From assembly GCA_028534125.1 (NCBI GenBank), contig CM052817.1, positions 6,264,001 to 6,328,000 of the forward strand: a stretch of DNA of 64,000 nucleotides, read 5' to 3'. The notes under the pieces are model-generated. The model did no database searches and was not told the DNA's origin. It was given only the letters and a program-made list of their open reading frames with translations. The position numbers and the translations under genes are program-made. Below, in pieces: positions 1-12,144 of the stretch. This DNA comes from Lama glama. Taxonomy: Eukaryota. Within the stretch, counting starts at the first letter, position 1; every line of letters starts with the position of its first letter.

Positions 1-546
1 GGAATGGCCTGCTGCAGGCTCAGCTGAGGCCAGCTCAGAGGAAGTACTCTGAGCATAGGGTGTCATCCTTCAGAATGCAGTATACATCCTGGCTCAGACA
101 ACTCTCTATGGCCCTGTATCCCCAGTAGGAAAAACACCTAAATTGGGGAATCATGAGGTGTGGACAAGGTGGCCTCACTTACCATTGTTCTCAGTGACCC
201 CCTGAGGGAATTTGCATTTCTTGTTTCTGCAACTCTGCACTTGGTTGGTTGAGAAGTTCTGCCTTAAAGGGGGTACATTCCTTCCAGAAGACATAGCAAG
301 GGTCCTGTGTCCAGGATCCAGCAGGATAGAGTAGTCACCACTGAGATGAGGGTAATTGGCTCTGATCAGCCCTCAGCAGAGCGGAAGGGGGTGTGAGCAG
401 ACCTCAGGTATCCATTTGGTCTCTCTCATGAGTCCCTTGCCCAGCTGTGACTGAGAATCCAGTAAGCCTGGTCAGAGAAGATGGCGGTTTCTAGGGTTCA
501 GGCCACTGAGGAATTAGGGTCTCGATCACATTCCCAGGCAAGCCAC
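1..546 (+). mobile_element. ERVL-class internal (pol) remnant: integrase C-terminus and dUTPase region, frameshifted
   Basis: Piecewise translation gives NGLLQAQL / VILQNAVYILAQTTLYGPVSPVG / LTIVLSDPLREF / KGGTFLPEDIARV. This matches the ERVL pol pattern WNGLLK.QL...LQDAVYALNQRP.YG.VSP...LTITP.DPL.EF...GG..PPGDT..VP. Stops and frameshifts are present. Confidence 0.8.
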
Positions 547-925
547 TGCTGGTTAATCTTATGTGACAACTTGGTGAGATGTCTGCTCTCAGTTAATTAA
601 TCAAACAGTAACCTGAGTGTTGCACTGAAGATACTTTGTAGATGTGGTTAAAAATCCACAATCACTTGGCTTAGTAAAGATGACCACCACAGACAATGTG
701 GGTGGGCCTCATCCAATCGGTTGGAGGGCTTAAGAGCAGACTGACGTTTCTGTGAGAAAGAAGAAATTCTGTGTCAAGGCTGACACAGCAGCTCCTGCCT
801 AAGTGTCCAGTCTGCTACCTGCCCTTCAGTTTCCAAACATTGCCCAGCCAGGCCCCATGGTTGCATAAGCCAATCATAATCATGTAAGACAATTCCTCCA
901 AATAAATTTCTTTCTCTTACATACA
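547..925 (+). mobile_element. MLT2 (ERVL) LTR, MLT2D-like, 3' tip lost in a microsatellite
   Basis: Contains ggttaatcttatgtgacaacttg, aatgtgggtgggcctcatccaatc, aagaagaaattctg and aataaa at about 901, all characteristic MLT2 motifs. Confidence 0.85.
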
Positions 926-972
926 GATGGGTAGATAGGTGATGGATGGATGGACAGACAGATAGATGGATA
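925..972. repeat. (GATG/GATA)n imperfect tetranucleotide microsatellite
   Basis: Direct reading of the sequence. Confidence 0.8.
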
Positions 973-1829
973 GCACTCTTAAAGCCATCTCAGCATCTGC
1001 CTTCAGACAGGACTCCTTCTACCCTTTTAGTACATTTCCCTTTCCATGCAAGTTAGTCAAGCTACTACCTATTATCTGCAAGGCGAAGGGTTTTCTTGCA
1101 TGGTTAGGAGACCCCCTCTGCCTTTGTTACGTTTCTTGGATCCTCTGACATTCCCTTGTTTATCACTTGCTTAAATTTGACATGGCCTTGACCCAATCTT
1201 GCAATTAGTGCCTATTATCTTACATGTATTATTAATCATTTATGTCTGATTTTCTGTAACAAAACCCTAAGCTCTGAAATGAATCTAGATATAGCTGTCA
1301 CTTTTTCCTACATTTCTTAAAGCCTGGAGCACTACATGCACGCATGTGTGCATGCGTGCGTGCGTGTGTATGTCTAAACTGGAGAAATGATATTGACTAG
1401 CAAAGGTCATATTAAGAAAAGAATCAAAAAACTTTGCATCATCCTATACAAGAAAAGAGTCTGCACTCATATTTGCAAATGAATCATTCTGGATTTATTT
1501 TTTTAAATTGGGGAGTTTATTCCCTCTGGTGGAGGATTCCAAAGATTTGTTGCATACATAAGCCTTTTACACTAGTTATTGACACCAGCCACCTGGCAGT
1601 AATTTATTTTAAGTGTCAAAAGTTCCTACAAACACACCATATTATCAGTGTAAATATGTCCTAGCTTTAGCTTTTAGAGGTGGACACATTTTAGGTCATG
1701 CAAACCCAAGTCAAGTTTAGAAACTAGTTATATATATTCCATTCCAAGTGTCACCTCTATAAATAGAATTCAGAACATTAAGGGCATTTCTAGAACAATG
1801 CCAATAGCCCACATTATTCCTCCACTCAG

Positions 1830-1950
1830 GAATCATTTGATCAACAAATATATTGATCATCTCCTATGCACTAGGCATTCGCCAGGGGATTGGATATGGA
1901 GATGTTATCAGATAGACACACACCTTTACTGACAAGGAATGGACAGTTTA
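1830..1950 (-). mobile_element. L2 LINE 3' fragment
   Basis: catttgatcaacaaatatattgatcatctcctatgcactaggcatt resembles the reverse complement of the L2 3' end. Confidence 0.6.
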
Positions 1951-2024
1951 TTAAGATAGTTTTAAAATTAGATATGGGATCTCTTTTGGCTAATAAAGGT
2001 ATCCAGGATTAGAGGAAATAAATA

Positions 2025-2180
2025 AATTGCTACTTACCTGTGTTATATACTTAGAAATCATATTAACGTGTCTGAGCTTCTTTATTCATCTTTAAAATGT
2101 GGATAGAAATACCTATCTTCTAAGACTGTTGTGAATACAAAATGAGGCAATGTTACATAAGGTGCATGATAAATTATCTG
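2025..2180 (+). mobile_element. MIR SINE
   Basis: MIR core-like tctgagcttctttattcatctttaaaatgtggatag...gttgtgaatacaaaatgag. Confidence 0.7.
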
Positions 2181-2246
2181 GAGTCTATGGAATGCACTCT
2201 TTGCAAATTCTTGTTTTAGCTTCCATCCCTCACCATCCAATTAGAC

Positions 2247-2325
2247 ATATATATATGCAGATTGGCCAATTATATATATATACACACATATATATATATA
2301 AATTATATATATATATATATATATA
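2247..2325. repeat. (TA)n-rich microsatellite
   Basis: Direct reading of the sequence. Confidence 0.9.
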
Positions 2326-4059
2326 AAATTTTCCCCCAAATCCAGTTTGGTGGAATTATCATTAGAAAAGGAATTTTCTAGCTGAGAAAATATTTTCTAA
2401 CATCAAAAAGGAACATTTAAACTACAGTTATGGGCACTAAGAGCACACCTCTCTTTCTAATTCTGGCAGAAAGAAAGGAAGCAAGATACTGGGTGATAAT
2501 GGGATGACCCTAGAAGATGATCATGTTCACTAATGTACCAAATCAAATGAGCTTTCCACGGTCATCTGCCTTTAATTCGAACAGAAATCTAAGTGACTGG
2601 GGATATATCACTTACAAGCATAATAGCTTGGGTTTCTGGAGAATTTGCTTTGCCACCTGCCTCTTCTGAGAACTTGAACCAGCTTCACCCCCTCTACTAA
2701 GAGTAGTAAGACGTGGTTGAAAATGCCTCTCTTGCAGATTTGTGATGAGAATCAAATGATCACTATAATGTGTGTTACCTGAGAGCAAAGACTGCCTCCA
2801 CCCAGCTTACAGCACTTGGAATGTGTCACTTCTCTTTTTTCCTCCCTCTTTTTCCTTTTCCTTTCTTGGCTTTATGTTTCTCATCTGTTGTATGACACAA
2901 CTGTCAAAGCTCTATCAGAGTGGGGGCAACACAATAAAGTTACTTTTCCATTAAATAACCAAATTGGAAGGGCTTATTGCTCTAGTTATCAAAGTTACAG
3001 GAACTCAACTTTTCATTTCTTCAGTATACTGGGATTTCTTTTACTACATTGTTTAAGAGTCAGTAGGGGTCTTGTGTTCTTACCGAAAACTGCTTTTTTT
3101 TTTTTTTTAAATCAGGGTCTCCATCTTGCAGCTGGTTTGACAACCTGCCACTAAACCCTGTGGCAATGGGCTCCCAGTTGAGCTGCTGACTCTGGTAGTC
3201 TGGTGCCTTCCTTTCTGCTCCCCTTCCCACTTCCCAGGCCATGGTGGTTCTTACGGTCCTCTCTCAGAGTCCTTCCTGGCCATTCTGTTTAGGCCCCCAG
3301 ATACATCCTCAATAAGATAGTTTATATTTACAGAATCTGACCATTTATTTCCAAGACACATATGCACAGTGCCAGAGTTTTGATCTCAGCTGCACAGTGG
3401 GAGAGAACCATCTCTCGCAACCGACTGCAGCCCTGCGGTCTGCCCTCCACTCTTTTCACAGGGGAGACCTCCACTTAGGGCTTCTCTGCTGAATGCGTGA
3501 GATACGTGGTTTGGATGTCTGCCCTACATTCTTCAGGAGAGTCTCTGAGCCCCAAATATCAGTAAATACATTGGTTGTTGCGTGAGAACAGCTCTCCTCT
3601 GCCAGCTCTGGAGCAGCCAAATTTCCCTGCTCTACTCATCTCAACTTTCAAGACTGTTGTATTTGAGATGGAATTGAAGAGTAAACAAGCCACTAAGTAG
3701 AAGCAGGTCAGGAAGCATTCTAGGCTAATAAAAGACACAAGGTTGAAAACTCACACTGTATTTGAAAAGCAACAAATATTTCATTGCGTGCAGAAAGTAA
3801 GGTGAGTGATGGGGTCACTAGCAGAGAAGGCTGAAATCGTCCTGAACTCTATAGAACTCAGACTGTGACTGTCTTATCAGGGAATTGGGGGTTTATCCTG
3901 TGGCCAGTGGGGCTACTGTTAGAGATTACTGTTAGAGATTACTTAGCAGACAGCAGTGGTGTTGATCTGATAGCACCAATACAGCACTTAAGAAGGTGGA
4001 GTCAAAGCCTATTCTGTTGATCACTAGTTCTGCTGACCATTGTGACCCCTGATTGCCAG

Positions 4060-4318
4060 TAGATACTTGGCTATAAATTCACCCGGGTGGGTCTATGAAG
4101 TGGTAAGGACCTCCCACAGATTTCTGCATTAGCCTCTTCTACAGTCTCAATCCAGCAGCAAGATACGCTAGCTCCAGGATCCTTCAGCAAGGGCTAACTC
4201 TCTTGCACTTGCCAGGACTGGTTGGCATAGACCAGTTGTCTACAGTCTCAGTCTTATAAGACTCTGATTCCATAACCTTTATAGGGGTTCTGCTTCCCTG
4301 ATTGAACCATGATATGAA
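4060..4318 (+). mobile_element. Old MLT2-type (ERVL) LTR fragment
   Basis: Ends in ggttctgcttccctgattgaaccatgata, like the MLT2E/F 3' terminus. Confidence 0.5.
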
Positions 4319-6957
4319 TGTCTATCACATTTTGTTTATAGTATATTCAAATACTTATCTAAAATTTTGCTATTCATAAAAGGTTATCACTTTCACAACT
4401 TCATGAATGGCAGATGCTTAGCTACATTTCAAAGATGAAAAGTTTAAGGCTCAGAAAGGCGAAGCAAGTACACATCTTGTGAAAGGGGCAGGTAAGCACT
4501 TGACCTCAGGATTCCTGATGACGGTCTGCTTCTAGCTGCAGGTTGCCACACACAAGCCCACCAGGGGTAGGATGCACTGCTGTGGCTCTAAGCTACAGTT
4601 GTAGCTTCTTGTCCATTTTTTTTTACCAGGCTTCTCTTGTTCTCATAGGGGCTGGGGTTTTGACTGAGGTCATTCCACAAGGAAAGGGGAGATCCTGAAA
4701 GATGACCTTCTGATTCATGTCAGGAAAACCACAGCTAAGCACTTCTTGTAAGCTCCAAGGCATGTGTTCATTGTGGTCAACCACAGCAATCATGTTCACA
4801 TAGCCTCGTTCACTGAGGAACAGGCAGGGAGATGGAGGGGTGTGATGGTGGCTGTGGCAGATGTTGTAAAGATGGTCTCTGAGTCAGAATTAGGCTGTGT
4901 AATCAGCAAGCACAGGCAACACACACAAACACACACACACACACCAGCCAGAGTTCAATCTGAGGCAGCACCTCCATGAATCAGAGTTTAAGAAGATTTA
5001 AATCTTAAACAACTGGTTGACATTAGCCAGCCCTGGCATGGGTGAAAAAGTGAGCGCTTGCAGGACTGTCTCAGAGCCAGCACGTCTAGTTACTGGATTG
5101 AGACTACAGAAGAAGCTGGTATAGAAGTCTGTGGAAGGTTGTGGGCTAACCGTGGATCTGTCTCTGAATTTGCAGCAGAGCAACACACACTTTACTTACT
5201 CAAAGTTACTGTGAAAAACTCATATTTCCTTTATTGGCTTGCCTCTTCTGTTTGGAGAATTTGACATTAGATTTTCCGGCCTTAAGAGCTAATCTTCCCA
5301 GAAACAAAGAGTAATGAAAACTTACTGTAACAACTGTTTCTTCTCTTTTAATGGCAGTCTGATTTTTCTAAAGCACTTTTACATTCAGTCCTAACCACAA
5401 GGGGTGGGAAGTGTGGCTGCAGTGCTGGCCGGAGCGACGTTCCTTCCTCTTAAGCAGAAGGTGAGCTGAACTGATAAAGTGACCTAGCAGATTCAGGACT
5501 TAAATGTAGATTCCACTAAGGAGCCATTAAATGAGTAGTTGTCCTCATGCTACTTCTTTTTAAAAACGAAACAAAACGCAACCAAAAAAACCTGTGAGTC
5601 AATATATGTATGCACAAAAAAATAAAAATATCATAGACAATTTATTTGAATTCTAAATGAGTACAACTAATATTTATTCTGGATAGGGCAGAATCTGGAA
5701 AGTGATTTCAATAAATCATCAATATTCCTAGAGTAAGATTTTTTAACTTGGTGCTCATCCAGGCCTAGGCTTCTGGAAGTTTTTGAATCCCTTAAATTAT
5801 AAACAAAATGTTGACAATATGTGTGCCCAAGAGGGGCTGCCACATCGTAGGCTGTTTCTGTGGAGGTGCTGGGCATCCTTCTTCAATACATTCCTAGTAC
5901 TAACCACGTGGCCTTCCAGGGTGGGAGAAAGTACGTCTGGGCACACGATCATTTCCTTAGACAGTGTGAGCACTAGAGGAGCCTGGACAGCTCTCAGGCC
6001 CTGAAGGGTTGAATCACTCTGATACGTTTGTGTTCAGCTCCCAGCTTTTGGTGTGGGAGGAATGTGATGGAGGCAAGCCATCCTCCCCACAGGAGCCCCA
6101 GCTGTTGGACCCCTCCTGCTAGCAGAGAAGTAAAGTAGCCCGCTTGCCAAGGGCTGGGAACGCAGTGCACACCAGTCCAAGGACTTCCGGCTAAAAAGGA
6201 GGAAATTCTAAGAAAATACAGTAAAGGAACGTTATGTAGGTTTTATGTAGACTCTGAGTTAAATTGGATATTATGTCATTTGCTTGTCCTGGGTGCATTA
6301 CTAGATTTTTATTTTTCATTTGACAAATCATTTAATCTTTGCACCAAGTTGGTTCAGCTGGCAGTGGTAGCCCATTTATAGGTGAAAAAAAAAGAAAGAC
6401 TCAAAGAAGGCAGTTGCTTTTCCTGGACCCAGTAGTGAGATGAGGAATGTATCCCCCTGGTTAATAGTCACAGTGAAGGTCCCATCACCAACAGGCTAAT
6501 GGGGGGGATTTACTTTTGATTTCTTGTTCTCACAATTGTGTGTAAGGAAACAGTCCTTACTGCAGAGCAAGCATTATTATCAAAGATGTGTGTAGCTGTG
6601 TGATTTTAGGAAAAAGCAGGAATTGATCTAAATCTTATTATAAAGTAAATTTACTCTGTACTCTGAACATAAATTTATGAACAATTTGGTATAACATAGA
6701 AACATTCTCTGTTATAACTAAACAAAAACAATAGGTACCGAAATTTCTATATTAAACTCACCTATATCAAGAAAAAAAAAGATATTAAACTTGTCTAAGC
6801 TGGAAAAGGTAAGAAGATATTTAACGTATTTATATGCTAGCTTTTATTATCTTCCAAAGCTTTGAAAATGGTCATGGACTGATTTTATAATGGGAAAAAA
6901 TGGAATGAATCAGGATTCAACAGCACCGATATCGGGTATCTACTCTGTCCTAACTAG

Positions 6958-7336
6958 TGTTACAGGCTCAATGTTTGTGCCCTTTGAGAATTCATATGTT
7001 GAAGCTCTGACCCCCTAATGTGATGGTATTTGGTGGTAGGGCCTTTGGAGATTATGAGGTCGTAAGAGTAGGGCTCCTGTGATGGGATTAGTGCCTTCCT
7101 TAGAAGAGGAAAATGGTGGTCTCTGCCTCCATGCGTACACACAGAGGAACAGCCACGTGAGCACATGGTGAGAAGGCACGCATCTGCAAGCCAGGAGGGT
7201 GATTCTCACCACGACCAGAATCTTCTGACCCTTAATCTTGGGCTTTCCAGCTTCCAGACTATGAGAGATACATGTCTGTTGCTTAAACTGTCCAAGGTAT
7301 GGTATTTTGTTATGGCAGCCTGAGCAGACTAAGACA
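6958..7336 (+). mobile_element. MLT1A-type MaLR solo LTR
   Basis: TG...CA termini. Contains aattcatatgttgaag, gatgggattagtgcc and tatggtattttgttatggcagcctgagcagactaagaca. Confidence 0.9.
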
Positions 7337-7372
7337 GCCAGACGTTGATATAAATGCTTTTAATGTATCAAT

Positions 7373-7829
7373 TGACAAAGACTCTTTCCTTGACTAACCT
7401 TTAGTCTGGCTCCTCTGAGCCTTCTGCCCTTGTTGGGCCTGCATAGCCCAGCTTTAACAAGAATTTGGCTAAGCTAGTTTAGTGAGAATCCTTCGCCACC
7501 CTTAATATACAATCACCCTTGATATCTGATCAAATTCCTCATCCTACACACTTGATATCTGATCGTCCTGGCCTGCCTTTAGCAAGGATTTTATTGAGTT
7601 GGTTTAGCAATAATCCCTCTACTATTTGATAGATATCTCCTTTTGGTAATAATTTTCCATCCAATGACCCCCAACTCTACCCACTGGCTATAAATCCCCA
7701 ACTGCTTTTGCTGTACTCAGAGTTGAGTCTGGTCTCTCCTCCTTATCGTGATAGTCTTGACACCAGTTGCAATAGTGCTAAATAAAGTCTTCCTTATCAT
7801 CTTAAAAATGTCATAATATTTTTAAAACA
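7373..7829 (+). mobile_element. MER31-type (ERV1) solo LTR
   Basis: Starts tgacaaagactctttccttgac. Has a duplicated cttgatatctgatc, TATA-like ggctataaat (about 7686), aataaa (about 7781) and a terminal CA. Confidence 0.85.
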
Positions 7830-8264
7830 ATTCATTTAAATCTCTAACAACATTCTAAGGAGATGTCATTATCCCACTTTATAGAAGAGGAAACAGAGAA
7901 ATAGAGGGATCATGTAACTTTTTAGTGCTTACTCAACAAGTAAGTGACAGCCCCAGGATTTGAATCTAGGTAGTACAGCCAGCGCAAGAATTCATACCAT
8001 TCTGCTGATTTCATCTGGGTCTTTTCTTGGACCACACTCCTTATTTCCCTGTAGGTTATTTCTTTCAGGTCATTTCCACCCAGCTGATATTCACAAGCTT
8101 GTTCATCGAGTGCATCTGCATTTCTCCCATGGACTCTGGGCTGGCCCTTTCCCATCACCTCTGTATATTTATTAAGTGTGTCGAAAATGCTCCACAAATA
8201 TTTGCTTAGTTTAATAAAAATGCACATGATCACAGCACTTGGGAAATAGCTGGTAACCACATAT

Positions 8265-8370
8265 CTGTTAAATTGGACTTTTATAAGCAATTTTAGATTT
8301 ATAGAAAAATAAAGCAAAGAGTACAGCAGCTCCCATATAACCCTGTCCTAACCCCCAGTTTCCCCTAATC
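8265..8370 (-). mobile_element. Old L1 (L1MB/MC-type) 3' end fragment
   Basis: agcaattttagatttatagaaaaa...agtacag...ctcccatata. Confidence 0.6.
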
Positions 8371-9088
8371 TCATACTTTTTTGGGCAAAAAATAAAATGG
8401 GATGAGACTGAAGAAGAGGGACAGATATGTTTCAGTTTGCTCCAGACCCACTAATGCATATTAGGGAAGGTCCTAGCACTTTTCTTAGGTCAAGAATGCT
8501 CCCGAGGACTTTGTTTCTTTGGCTCACATAAGTAGATGTTTAAGAAATGTCTGTTGAGTAAATGAACTAAGCATCAAGCACAACAGGAAGAGGGAGGGAG
8601 ATGGAGCCAGCTCCCTGGGAAGGAGGGGAGTTTGGTTATGCTGAGCTTAGTTTATTGCTTCCCCTCCCACTTCCTCCTGCTTTTTAATGAGGCTGTGTGG
8701 GGTGTTGGTGCAGGGAGGACTCTGGGGTCATGTCATTATCAAACTTTCCTTATCAATCAGCATGTAGGAGCCCTGGAGCATCAGTGGTACATGATGCTTT
8801 GTATTTTTGCAAATGCCCTGCTCTCTGCAGATCTGGATAGACAAACTAAAGAGCTAACATGAAAAATAACTTACAAAATAAGGTGAGATAGAGAGGTGCC
8901 AAATGAAATGGGGAGAAATGGAAGGGCCACATGATCTCAGAGCAAAGAGGGAAGGATGGGGAGAGGTAATTCAGGTCTGGAAATATAGCTTCACTTGGTC
9001 AGAACTGCAAATGCCTATAACACTGGCTACCAACCTCACCAATCCCTCCAGACATGTGTTTCTTGAGCTGCACAGACACCAGACATGT

Positions 9089-9180
9089 CAGTGGTTCTCA
9101 ACTGTGGCTGCACTTTAGGAACCTCATTCAGATATTTAAAAGCCACAAGATTCTAACATGAGGCCAAAAGAGAGAAACTG
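9089..9180 (+). mobile_element. MER5-like hAT-Charlie MITE remnant
   Basis: TIR cagtggttctcaac followed by ggctgcacttta. Degenerate right TIR gagaaactg. Confidence 0.55.
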
Positions 9181-9682
9181 AGAGAAGAGAAAGCATTAAG
9201 AAGAGTGCATATTGGTGGGGAGCTGGTATAAGCAGAGGTAGAATTCATGTAAGGCCTTCAGGGAGGAGAGAATGCAGTGAGAATAGAGAGAGTGTTTGTA
9301 AGGCAGCGGTTGGACATGAGACTGGAAAGGTAGCTGAGGACCGAGCTTCAGGCATCCCTTTATGCAGGCAAATAGGTTTCTTCATGCCACAAAAGGGGAC
9401 CATACATTTTTAAGCACCAGCTAAATCCCAGGCACAGGCATTTCACTTTATCTTTTTAATCCTCACAATAAATGTACTCTTCATGTCTGCAATGTTCCAG
9501 GAACTCCTAAGGAGATCCAAACAGTCCATTTCTCTCCTTAATTCCAGCAGGGGAGATAAACTAAAATCAAATAATCAAAAATTAATCAACTAATTAATGT
9601 TAAAAGTCCAATAAGCAAATAAACAAGCAAAAATTGCTTTCCATCAGAAACGAGTGCTGTGAATGAGTAAGCAGTGTGATGG

Positions 9683-10409
9683 TGTTGCTGAAACTCAGCC
9701 TCCATACCCCGCTTAGGAATTGAGAATTAAGGACAGTTTTGGATGAAGTAGAAGAGGCAGCTTTATTTCTTTGCCAGGCAAAGAGGTCACAGTGGGCTAA
9801 TGACTCTAATACTGCGAGCCTACTGGGGAAGGAAGGTGGGGGTTTTATAGTAAAAGTTCAAGAGCTGAAGGGGCAGAGCTAGTTTCCATAGAGATCATGT
9901 ACAGGGTAACAAATTGCTGCAAAATTGTTCCTGTTTTTGTAGATGCAGTGGGTCCCTTCCCTCTGCTGGCTATAAAGTTCACCTCTGGCTTTGGGACTCC
10001 CTTAATATTTTTGTACATAAAGCAAAGGGTGCATAGGAAGGGGCTCCATGGAAAAGAGCTCTAGAGAAAAACTTATGCAGTTTAAAGTTAGTTTGATAAA
10101 TGCTTTTAGCTTTTCAGCAGACTGAAGCCTGGGACCACCTGCTGCAGGCTGAAGTTTGCAGCTTGAACAACAGGACATAAGGAAACCACAAGGGGTCAAG
10201 AGGAGAGCACTGGTGTCAAGAGGAGGGCACTGGGGTTAAGAGCAGGGCACTGAGCATGATCCCTGCACACAGCACCAGCACCACAAGGGAGTTAGGTGGA
10301 CCACCCAAGCCTCCCTTCTTTCCAGCCCAAATCTGGTCAGCAAGAGCATGAGAAAAACCCTTTAAACCATTACAGAGTTAAGCAGTTATAAAAACCATTA
10401 CAGTTATCA
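9683..10409 (-). mobile_element. ERV1-type solo LTR (727 bp), artiodactyl-lineage type
   Basis: TG...CA termini with perfect direct repeat GATGG at 9678-9682 and 10410-10414. Minus-strand AATAAA (about 9762-9767) and TATAAAA (about 9843-9849) lie in LTR order. Three 20-bp tandem repeats at 10192-10251. Confidence 0.85.
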
Positions 10410-11587
10410 GATGGTCACCAATGGTGACAATAGGATCTTGCTTGGTTAAAATGAGAGACAGGTTCCCAGTAGTTAAAACAGTCTACCGTGACTCTTGATA
10501 AGATCTTCAGTTCCTTCAGAACCTTCTATGACCCTCACAGCACAGAGCAGAGCAGTGATGTGAAGAGAGAAAACTCAAAGGATGAAAGGGCATGCTCTCT
10601 GGGCTCTCATTTAAATCTTTACTTGCGTCCACCAGCTGGGACATCTTGAGAATACTCTATATCCCCTTATAATAAAAATGGAGAATGAAATCTCATTTCA
10701 CAAATCCAAATGCTCGGATTTAAAGGTGGGATGGGTGTGCCATCTACCACAGTTCTTGATACATATAGAGTGCTTAAAAATGGTCTCCTTTCCTTCATTG
10801 CTTCCATGTACACATCTACAAGCAAGTCCACATACACACATACACACACTCCTGACTACTGACCGTCAGGACCCAGAGAGCAGGTCTGTTATCTCTTCTT
10901 AAAGACAGCTACAAATATTAGGGGAACACAAAATAGCCCACTGATCTCTGTTTAGCTGTTTCAGAGATTATTTTCAAGTGAAATTACTTACTGGGGGATT
11001 GATACTGCAGCCGCACACCTGAGCAGTCCCTTCTGCAAACTGGCAGTTGTGTGAAACGTCCTCTCTGGACGGGAGTGACCATTGGTCCTACTAGGTAAGA
11101 GTGGCAGGAAGGACATCAGTTCATAGCCTGTCTCACCTTTATGGCTGATCCTCAAAGGTTTGTTTATCTTGAGATTGAGGTGTCCTCTGGGGTTACACAG
11201 ATGCTGTTTCTGAAGCCAGATTTTCCTAGCAGTGAATGATCTCCTAGGGAATTAACAGAGTCTTGGGGAAACCAGACCAGCTTACGCATGCTCACGTTGG
11301 CCTGTGTGTTTCTGTGAGATGAGGTCTAACCCCTTAACCCCCTCGAAAAACGTATGGCATGACCTTAATAAGGCAGGTCTGTATTGCAGTCCCCATCTCA
11401 AGGCATTACTTAAGATAGTGTTTCTCTTCTTACAAAGGAGGTGAAGTTAGATGAGGATGAGTGAACTAAACAAGAAAGTAAGTAACATCTCCATTAGCCG
11501 TTACCACTTTATGAGTTTTGAAATATTAACATGTTTTTCAAAACTCAGCCCAGTGACAATGCCATTTGTCACTATCCAGAGGTGAAA

Positions 11588-11718
11588 CTGTACTATCATT
11601 TTGCAAAGTGCTACTTTTGGGGTTAAGTGACTGAAGGGTGCACAGGATCTCTGTAATATTCTTACAACTACATGTGAGCCTGTGATTATCTCAGAATAAG
11701 AAATTTAATTTTTAGAAA
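11588..11718 (+). mobile_element. L1MC/MD-type 3' UTR fragment
   Basis: tgtactatcattttgcaa...aagggtgcacaggatctctgta...cttacaactacatgtga. Confidence 0.7.
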
Positions 11719-11719
11719 T

Positions 11720-12144
11720 TGACTTAGGAGACTATGACAACCAGATGCAACGTGTGGACCTTGTTTGGATCTTGACTCAAATGCAAATTGTAAACGGGCA
11801 TTTCTGAGTCAACTGGAAAAATGTAGACCCAGCACCAGATTAAATCAGGGAATTTTGTTGTCGTAGTTGTTAGAGGTAATAATGGCCAGGTGGGTACTGT
11901 TTTTTTAAAAAATGTCCTTGTCTGTTAGAGACACAGACAAAATTATGCATAGATTAAAAAGGCATTTTATCTGGAATTTGCTTTAAAGAACTTAAGGAAA
12001 AAGTGTGGGGCCAGAGAGAGGAGACAAGACTGGTAAAATGTTGAACATTGAAAAAGCTGACTTGTGGTTGACTACATGGTGCTTTGATATGCTTTCTTGT
12101 ATACTTTTTAAACTTCCATAATTTAAAAAGCCAAAAAAAAAAAA
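11720..12144 (+). mobile_element. L1MC4-like 3' end with A tail
   Basis: gacttaggagactatgacaaccagatgcaacgtgtggaccttgtttggatc, tctggaatttgctttaaa, and a terminal poly(A). Confidence 0.75.

Larger units (their letters stand above)
6915..7985 (-). mobile_element. MIR SINE split into three pieces by two LTR insertions
   Basis: Pieces 6915-6957, 7337-7372 and 7830-7985 rejoin into a MIR (tatctactctgt..gccagac..aatgctttta..tcatttaaatctctaacaac..cattatcccactttatagaagaggaaacagag..ggatttgaatctaggtagt). Confidence 0.65.

Noticed and set aside
3914..3943. 13-bp tandem duplication tactgttagagat
   Set aside because: An ordinary slippage duplication within a degraded L2-like region.
10192..10251. Regularly spaced short repeats (CRISPR-like at a glance)
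   Set aside because: The units are contiguous with no unique spacers and lie inside an LTR in mammalian DNA.
10965..11094. Exon-like segment (ttcag|...ctag|gtaaga, 130 bp)
   Set aside because: All three frames contain stops. It could only be a non-coding exon, and such splice-site pairs are common by chance.
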